Shown here: piece after piece, positions 58,128-64,000 of the stretch
Numbering within the stretch: position 1 is the first letter of the stretch
Layout of the letters: each line of letters begins with the position of its first letter
From: a virus
Direction: 5' to 3' (one strand)
Length of the DNA: 64,000 bases
IMG/VR virus record: IMGVR_UViG_3300006925_000008
Span: 33,369-97,368 of that record
The notes under the pieces: generated by a model
Seen by the model: the letters and a program-made list of their open reading frames with translations, nothing else
Databases searched by the model: none
What the model was told of the DNA's origin: nothing
Translations under genes and position numbers: made by a program

Positions 58128-58681
58128 GGTGGTGTTCTCCTAACCATGTATTCTCCTTTGTCATTATCCATTCTTTTTCCTTGATGAGAATACGGTGCTA
58201 TCCCCGCATCCATGTATTGAAACGCTTGGTCGGCTATCCGGTCAAGGGATTGCAGGTCAAATATCCCCGCATCGTTTAATGCGTTGATTAACGAAGCCCT
58301 CTCCAATTCCCCCATAAGCACTTCTGTTCCCATGTCGGACGGGCGTTTGAATGCGGGTATTTCATCGCTTCCATAGCGAAAGGACTTATCCTCTATACCG
58401 TCTTTCATATTTTCACCAAAGTCCCCCATCTCATAATCAATCACAGGGGGATTATCCATGCGCTCACCCCTCCTTCGTTGTAATTCGTGAGCGACACTCT
58501 CCATAAATTGTCCATCGGGAACATCTTGGTTATTCCCCGCATCAAAAGCCCTAAAATCGGGAATGCGAGAACCTCTAAATGCTAAGTTAGCGTGTGCGTC
58601 TGTAAATTGTGGGCGGTCCAAAGGTGTCGGCAACCGCATATCGGTCTTAAGTAAATCCCAAGCGGTGTCAAATGCGGTCAT
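58124..58681 (-). CDS. Leader-tagged hypothetical protein
   Basis: MTAFDTAWDLLK leader. Confidence 0.7.
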   Translation of the reverse strand: MTAFDTAWDLLKTDMRLPTPLDRPQFTDAHANLAFRGSRIPDFRAFDAGNNQDVPDGQFMESVAHELQRRRGERMDNPPVIDYEMGDFGENMKDGIEDKSFRYGSDEIPAFKRPSDMGTEVLMGELERASLINALNDAGIFDLQSLDRIADQAFQYMDAGIAPYSHQGKRMDNDKGEYMVRRTPP

Positions 58682-59751
58682 CAGTCATCGCCCCCGTAAA
58701 TCAAGCGATGTAGTCTTTCTTTATCCTTTTTTACCTTTTCAGGTGATCGATAAAAGTCGGGGTTTTCTTCATAAAACTTACCCATGCTGTGAGATACTTC
58801 TCTTTGCATGTCATGATGGTCATCAAGGGAGTTACTGCTATACTCGGCAACTTTCTGTTTCCAGTCTGAATCCTCATTATGAGGGTCTTCATAAATAGAC
58901 GCTAAAGACTCCTGCATCAGTATCCGGCGCATAATGCCGCTTATGTCATCATCAACACTGCCACCTCTCCTTTGGTCGCCAACATAATGCTCTCCCCCTC
59001 TTTCTGCATATTTGTTGGTCCATTCGTGTTCTTCTTCAGGTTGAGTTGTATGACCTAATTCATGGTTAATGATGCTGATAATCCTGTCCATAATGGGAAT
59101 GTCCTCATTATCTCTTAGGTATGACTCTCTTTGAGAGTTATAAGCGTCTTGACTTCGCCTATGCCTCCTCTCGGCAATCTTGTTGTTTGCTCTTAAACGG
59201 TCTTGTTCTTTAGATTGCTCTCGCCAGTTATCGGAGTCATAATCAATACTAGGCATGTCCATCCAATGAGTATATCCCGGTGTTCTTGTCAAAGAGGGGG
59301 GACTTGGATTGTTTTTGCTATATTCCTCCTCCATGTCAAATCGAACATTTTGGGTGATGTTGGGAAGGCTGATCAACATTCGGCCATCACCAAAAAGTGG
59401 TTTGTTATAGTCATTTGATGTCTCACCTCGCCAATTAGTTTTCTGTTCGTAGCCTTCGTCACTATTGGCTTGACCGCTCGGAGTAAAACGACCATACTCA
59501 TCTAAGTAGCGTTCTCGATGTGTTTGATTCTCTTCACCGCCATGTGCGTCTTCACGGTCAGGTTTATCCCAATGAGGGACTTCATCCCAGCCACCATCCT
59601 TATCATACTTGTTTGGGTTTTCTTCGGGGGTATCCTTTAAGCGGTTATACAACCACATCCGCTTGTAAGCAATTTCTTGAGGGGTTTCATTACCCTCAAT
59701 AAAATCAAAATCAGCCTTAAGGAAAAGCCATACTTCATCGAATGCGGTCAA
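58681..59751 (-). CDS. Leader-tagged HExxH zinc metallopeptidase-like protein
   Basis: TTG start behind GGTGA gives MTAFDEVWLFLK; IINHELGH...ESLA. Confidence 0.65.
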   Translation of the reverse strand: MTAFDEVWLFLKADFDFIEGNETPQEIAYKRMWLYNRLKDTPEENPNKYDKDGGWDEVPHWDKPDREDAHGGEENQTHRERYLDEYGRFTPSGQANSDEGYEQKTNWRGETSNDYNKPLFGDGRMLISLPNITQNVRFDMEEEYSKNNPSPPSLTRTPGYTHWMDMPSIDYDSDNWREQSKEQDRLRANNKIAERRHRRSQDAYNSQRESYLRDNEDIPIMDRIISIINHELGHTTQPEEEHEWTNKYAERGGEHYVGDQRRGGSVDDDISGIMRRILMQESLASIYEDPHNEDSDWKQKVAEYSSNSLDDHHDMQREVSHSMGKFYEENPDFYRSPEKVKKDKERLHRLIYGGDD

Positions 59752-60622
59752 TGACTTCACCGCCTTTATTCTTGATCGCTCTTACTGCACGGCGCATTTT
59801 CATGCCACGAGGCTTATTTTTTATCCAATTAGCCAGTCGCACAGCATCTTTCAGGTCCTTTGACTTAACACCACAGTCGATGTCTCTAGCCTCGCACCAA
59901 TCCACGAATACTTCAGTCGCTAGGTTTGCACCTGAACCGGGAATGAATGGGCAACCACCTAAGCCGCCAATGCTAGTATCAAACTCGGTTATCCCTAAAT
60001 CAACAGCAATATCGACATTTTGATACAAATAAGGGCCATGATGCAGGTGTAATGCGATGTTTTCAGTAATTGCACTGGTAATGTCGTATGCTTTCTTGAT
60101 CATCACCGGAGTGGCAATACCATCGGTGTCGCATAGCACTACGCCGTTGCCGAATTGCATTCCTATTTCGACAGCATTCTTCAAGTCTTCATCGGGACAA
60201 TCGAATGCCATTGAGATATAGACACGCACTTTGCTAGGTTCTATACCCTCCAATGCCAATTTGTATTCTTCAACGATAGAATCTAAGGTCCTGCCATAGT
60301 TTGACATGTTGAATACTTCATTGGGTGAGTAAAATATGTTGAATAAGTCAGCACCTACTAACTTAGCACGGTCAACACCACGCTTATTCGGCACTAAAAC
60401 CGACATATTAGCATCTAAACCGGCAACTGCGGCATATACGCTGTCGCTTTCAGCCATATTTGGGACTAATTTGGGATGAACAAATGCACCGACTTCTATG
60501 TCAGTAAGTCCTGACTTAGCCAACGCCTCCACTAATTCCACCTTTTCATCAAATGAAATGCTATGAGGAAGTGCTTGAAGGCCATCTCTAGGCCCAACTT
60601 CAAAGATGGAGACTTTCTTCAT
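59735..60622 (-). CDS. Hydroxymethylglutaryl-CoA lyase (DRE-TIM metallolyase)
   Basis: IFEVGPRDGLQ, IEVGAFVHPK.VP, LVPNKRG, LCDTDG, LHLH, GGLGGCPF.PG..NLATE. Confidence 0.88.
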   Translation of the reverse strand: MKKVSIFEVGPRDGLQALPHSISFDEKVELVEALAKSGLTDIEVGAFVHPKLVPNMAESDSVYAAVAGLDANMSVLVPNKRGVDRAKLVGADLFNIFYSPNEVFNMSNYGRTLDSIVEEYKLALEGIEPSKVRVYISMAFDCPDEDLKNAVEIGMQFGNGVVLCDTDGIATPVMIKKAYDITSAITENIALHLHHGPYLYQNVDIAVDLGITEFDTSIGGLGGCPFIPGSGANLATEVFVDWCEARDIDCGVKSKDLKDAVRLANWIKNKPRGMKMRRAVRAIKNKGGEVIDRIR

Positions 60623-61794
60623 ACCCATCCACCTTCAGTATCACGGAAGAAGTCTTCTCCAAGCAATTGGGCAATGCGAGAGTCGGGGTTCTTTTCACTG
60701 AAATCCATCAGGCGTTTCAATGGGACAGCGTTTTCATGAAAGAACCCGTGGACACCCGACGAACCCATTGGGGTGACATATGTCTTCAGGTCGGAGATCG
60801 GATTGCGTTCTTTGCCTTCATACCTTAATTCCAGCGGATATGTATCATGTAATTCAGGGTTGGTCTTATCGCCCCTTCTCCTGTAAATCTGTTCAAACTT
60901 GTATGGATGTGGGCTTGGCGCACCCCACTTGGTCCCTTTCAACTGCCATTTACTTGGTTCCTCATAATAACTGCCGCCCATCACGGGGCGTTGATAAATC
61001 ATATCTCCCTCTTGGTTCTTCCTTCGGATTACATGGTCTGTGTTCCACTTCCCGCCATCTCTCCAAGGCTTTCTGTTAATTGCCATCCTCCGGCCATATC
61101 CGCCCTCGGTCATTTGCCGACCAAGTTTATTCCACATGCCATAGGCTTCAGGAGAATATGAGTCATCGCCTGCCCGACCATAGGTTTGAGCCATGGTCCC
61201 CAGCATATGAGAGCCAATTCCTTGGCCACCCATTCCGGGCAATACGCTCATCTGTGCTACATTGCCATCCAGCGTTGGTGCGCCGTGTCCGACAGTCATC
61301 CATTCTTTAGAATCGGTATCCGCCTCATGGCGTATTGCCGCTTCAAGGACTTCGGGGGCTAATGCCTGTTGCCACGGAGTCCATGCCACCGGCCTCCCGC
61401 TTCCATGTCTAGCAATACGGCGTTGCTCAAGGTGTTGAGGAAACTCGGCTAGACCTAATGGACTTGAATAGCGGTCATGTTTCATTTCACGAAGGGTTGA
61501 TTCAACAGTATCTCGTCCACTTCGACTGTCCTGATAGGGTTCGTCCTCCCATTCGGCATATACATCGGGCCATTGGTCGTATCTCCTATTGCGAAGTTTA
61601 CCTAAACGGTCAATGTTCTCCTCCAAAATTGGGATAACCTTGCCAACAGGCATTTTATACTCGTGCTGAAGCACGCCAGCATCTGAATAACCCATGCTCA
61701 TGTTGGGTCTGATGAGTTGTATCAGGCTTTCAGGGGTCTGTTGAAGAATCGGGTCAGCCTTAATGAGGTCCCATAACTGGTCGAAAGTTATCAT
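60619..61794 (-). CDS. Leader-tagged protein with GNAT acetyltransferase-like domain
   Basis: MITFDQLWDLIK; MSVLPGMGGQGIGSHML (motif A) and SPEAYGMWNKLG (motif B-like). Confidence 0.65.
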   Translation of the reverse strand: MITFDQLWDLIKADPILQQTPESLIQLIRPNMSMGYSDAGVLQHEYKMPVGKVIPILEENIDRLGKLRNRRYDQWPDVYAEWEDEPYQDSRSGRDTVESTLREMKHDRYSSPLGLAEFPQHLEQRRIARHGSGRPVAWTPWQQALAPEVLEAAIRHEADTDSKEWMTVGHGAPTLDGNVAQMSVLPGMGGQGIGSHMLGTMAQTYGRAGDDSYSPEAYGMWNKLGRQMTEGGYGRRMAINRKPWRDGGKWNTDHVIRRKNQEGDMIYQRPVMGGSYYEEPSKWQLKGTKWGAPSPHPYKFEQIYRRRGDKTNPELHDTYPLELRYEGKERNPISDLKTYVTPMGSSGVHGFFHENAVPLKRLMDFSEKNPDSRIAQLLGEDFFRDTEGGWV

Positions 61795-63437
61795 AGGCCC
61801 CGGTTCTCCATAAATTGACTAATATCAAAGTCTTTCCCCATAAGTTTGGCCGCATTAGCAACCGCACGGAGTCCCATTGCTTTTCGACTATCAGGGACTA
61901 CGCCAGCCTGATCGTTCACTGAACCAACCATCCGCTGGTCTTTGAGATGATGTCCAAGGTGGCTTATCTCACTTTTAGCATCATTTTGATAACTGTTGTA
62001 TTTGGGTGACAATCGCCTGTAATCTCTAAACAATGCGTCTTCAGACCCCGGTTCCATAGGAATAGAGTCATAATCAGGGTAATAGTCATCAGGGTCGATG
62101 TATTCATCCCACTTGTCCTCATACCAGCGGTTCCCTTCAGCCCCTGTTCTTACCCGGTATCCTCCGCCATATACCTCACTTCTTGGTTCAGCAAAAGCGT
62201 ATTCGTCGGAAAAGTCTGACAGTTTAGGAGGGAATGGGATGCCGGTCAACCTAGCGGTGTGAATCTCATCACCCATTGACATGCTTTCAGGAGACAGGTT
62301 GGTTCCGGGGTGAGCGGCATAATCCGCCCATGCATCCTCGTGCCTGCGATGAACACGGTTCCTTGGACCGTCTTGTCTTCGTCCAAAGGTCTTATTTGCA
62401 TTATTCAGCCCCGTTTCTTGACCTAAATGGGCCGCATACTCGTGCGCCCTGAAGAAGTTATCATCAACAAAGGCCTGCAATGCCGCCCGCTGTTCAGGGT
62501 TTGGCTTGTCATCATTTACTAAGCCATAGTCATCCTTCGCTTTCTGATCAACAGCCGCTTGATAGTGAGCCATCAATTCATCATTAACAGCGGCGTGCAT
62601 TGCTTCGTGGTGTAATGTTTGCTCAACACCCTCCTCTAATCGGTTCGATTCCTCTAAACCACGACCATAGACTCCGTAATTCATCCACCACGCTGGTGAT
62701 GACAGGTCAACGCCATAGAATCCTTTTTGCTGTTGAGGCAATACCTCACGCTTAGGCAACTGCTCCATATAGCGTTCAGGGGTTCCATCCTCGCCGTATC
62801 TCCAACGAGGCATTTCTGTTCGTGAATAGTTTTCAGCACGCCCTGCTTTGGTTCGCAGGTCATGGTTTTTACCGACTGGGACAAAATGCCCCAATGTATC
62901 TCCACCCATTGCACCCTGCATCATTCGCTTGCCATTATCCCTGACAGGCGTTCCAAAGAAGAAGTCCTTAGTGAGCATGTCCCACATGAAATCGAATGGG
63001 TCATCAAATGAAGTCGTGAAGTCTAAATCGGACCAAGGAGAGTCAGGCGGCATGTTCTCACCGCTGATCGGAATCCCATGGTCATCTTCTCTCGGACTCC
63101 ATTTGAAACCGCATTCAGTGCAATGGTCCCAGTTGTCAATGGAGGGACAGGGACATTCACCGCCTAGATAGGTCGGCATCAATGGCTTGTCAGTCATGGC
63201 CTCCTCTTCAGCAATAGCCCTAGCCTCTTCAATAGTTTCAGCATGACCCATTGCTATTGCCTCATCACCTAATTCATACAACTCATTATGGTATTCCATT
63301 GCATCCTCCGGCCATTCCTCACCGTGATTCTGTTCACCACCCATACGCCTGTCCAAAAACTGCTTTGGGTCATCGTTTTCAGCGTCAGAATCTTTCAAAA
63401 AAAGAAAACCAGCAGAAAATGCATTACCGCCGGTCAT
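61791..63437 (-). CDS. Multi-module protein: acidic/zinc-ribbon module, internal motif, HExxH peptidase-like module
   Basis: Start moved to MTGGNAFSAGFLFLK; internal FDFMWDMLTK; LHHEAMH...HEYAAH. Confidence 0.65.
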   Translation of the reverse strand: MTGGNAFSAGFLFLKDSDAENDDPKQFLDRRMGGEQNHGEEWPEDAMEYHNELYELGDEAIAMGHAETIEEARAIAEEEAMTDKPLMPTYLGGECPCPSIDNWDHCTECGFKWSPREDDHGIPISGENMPPDSPWSDLDFTTSFDDPFDFMWDMLTKDFFFGTPVRDNGKRMMQGAMGGDTLGHFVPVGKNHDLRTKAGRAENYSRTEMPRWRYGEDGTPERYMEQLPKREVLPQQQKGFYGVDLSSPAWWMNYGVYGRGLEESNRLEEGVEQTLHHEAMHAAVNDELMAHYQAAVDQKAKDDYGLVNDDKPNPEQRAALQAFVDDNFFRAHEYAAHLGQETGLNNANKTFGRRQDGPRNRVHRRHEDAWADYAAHPGTNLSPESMSMGDEIHTARLTGIPFPPKLSDFSDEYAFAEPRSEVYGGGYRVRTGAEGNRWYEDKWDEYIDPDDYYPDYDSIPMEPGSEDALFRDYRRLSPKYNSYQNDAKSEISHLGHHLKDQRMVGSVNDQAGVVPDSRKAMGLRAVANAAKLMGKDFDISQFMENRGL

Positions 63438-63619
63438 AGTTTCCCCGAAGGGGACCCAAAAGAAAAACATTGGGGAGATCGCACGCCAAAAACAGCCCAT
63501 TGCACCCTGTTAGGGCTGACAGCCGTTACCAAAAAAAATTGGGCGTAGCGTATGCGGTCAGCCGCCGCCCCGAAAAGAAAAAAAAAACATCTCCAAAGGC
63601 ACGCCAAAAGAAAAAGGGG

Positions 63620-64000
63620 ACAGCCCAGCCGCAGGCTGGGCATCCAATCGTGGCACTGGTCGGCTGGTCCAATGGCTGAACGCATTACTGCGCCCCATTG
63701 ACTCGATCATCTAGGCTGAACCCAGCAATGGACTGGTCCAGCATCCTGCTGGACCTGAATGCGGGCTGGTTTTGGGTGGTTCTCGGCCTGCATTGGCCCA
63801 GCCCAGCCACATTGGGCCTGTCCAGCGGTTTCAATGCGTTCTAGGCCCAGCCATTGCCCATTCTGTCCCCATTGCCCAGCCCAGCCTCCTCAATGCATTC
63901 CCAGCCCAGCCAATACCCTAGTTTCAGCACCCAGTCCAGTCAATGCATTGCCAGTTTCAATGCCATTGGCCGAAAACCAACAGGCCAAGCCTCCCCCAGC
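63620..64000. repeat. Non-coding region of short degenerate repeats (CCCAGCCCAGCC, CCATTG/CAATG) with hairpins
   Basis: Multiple CCCAGC units; inverted repeat 63735-63755; palindrome caatgcattg at 63941-63950. Confidence 0.7.

Larger units (their letters stand above)
55240..59751 (-). repeat. Dispersed 20-36 nt repeat at gene starts, consensus ATGACCGCMTTYGAYACCGCTTGG
   Basis: Copies whose 5' ends (minus strand) are at 55275, 55782, 56543 (partial), 56964, 57381, 58127, 58681 and 59751. 55763-55782 and 56945-56964 are identical 20-mers. Confidence 0.9.
1..64000 (-). mobile_element. Tailed dsDNA virus genome segment (HK97 lineage), probably archaeal, magrovirus-like
   Basis: Ordered terminase, portal, protease, capsid, head-tail, tail tube, chaperone, tape measure and tail-tip genes; tight start/stop overlaps; GGTGA Shine-Dalgarno sites; no host housekeeping genes. 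The viral call is strong; the host assignment is inference. Confidence 0.9.

Noticed and set aside
55240-59751. Repeated 20-36 nt sequence as a CRISPR array
   Set aside because: Copies are 400-1100 bp apart, are in-frame coding sequence at gene starts, and no cas genes are recognisable.
52347-63437. Integron cassette array or diversity-generating retroelement
   Set aside because: No integrase or reverse transcriptase in the window, no attC-like inverted repeats, and no adenine-specific template/variable repeat pair.
52347-63437. Leader as a Sec/Tat/lipoprotein or archaeal pilin signal peptide
   Set aside because: Too short, contains Asp, has no hydrophobic h-region or twin Arg, and also occurs internally and at C-termini.
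546-63685. Numerous plus-strand and nested minus-strand ORFs of 60-150 aa in the track
   Set aside because: They lie within long minus-strand genes and show no motifs; treated as shadow ORFs. Only 24205..24417 and 47258..47755 were kept on the plus strand.
1-64000. Integrated prophage in a cellular chromosome
   Set aside because: No host genes, integrase or att sites are visible in the window; integration cannot be excluded beyond its edges.

Overview
Gene-dense, almost entirely minus-strand segment of a tailed dsDNA virus (Caudoviricetes, HK97 lineage). It is most likely archaeal: GGTGA/GGAGG ribosome-binding sites and TATA-like elements are present, and the capsid, portal and protease sequences resemble marine Euryarchaeota (Poseidoniales/MGII) magrovirus-like viruses; that host call is inference. 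In transcription order (right to left): (1) a non-coding repeat-rich end at about 63.45-64 kb; (2) an array of 15 accessory genes at 52.3-63.4 kb, 13 of which start with the same ~12-aa leader, MTAFDxAWxLLK, fused to diverse domains (HExxH peptidases, kinase-like, GNAT, ART-like, ASCH), with an HMG-CoA lyase among them; (3) two GP88-like Cys-rich proteins flanking a Dam-like methyltransferase; (4) an Arf-like small GTPase with membrane proteins; (5) large low-complexity proteins; (6) terminase, portal, a head protein with a DNA-ligase-like domain, prohead protease/scaffold and major capsid protein; (7) head-tail joining genes, tail tube, a tail assembly chaperone with a -1 frameshift site, tape measure and large tail-tip proteins. 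The main candidate novel system is the AFDxAWxLLK motif. It also recurs internally, at C-termini and in genes inserted in the structural module, and it ends in the same hydrophobic-hydrophobic-Lys element found in the capsid and protease N-termini. This suggests a modular capsid-targeting/maturation-protease tag that loads a swappable set of effector enzymes into the virion. All functional calls come from motifs read by eye; no searches were run. Several start codons were moved from the ORF track using ribosome-binding sites and start/stop overlaps.
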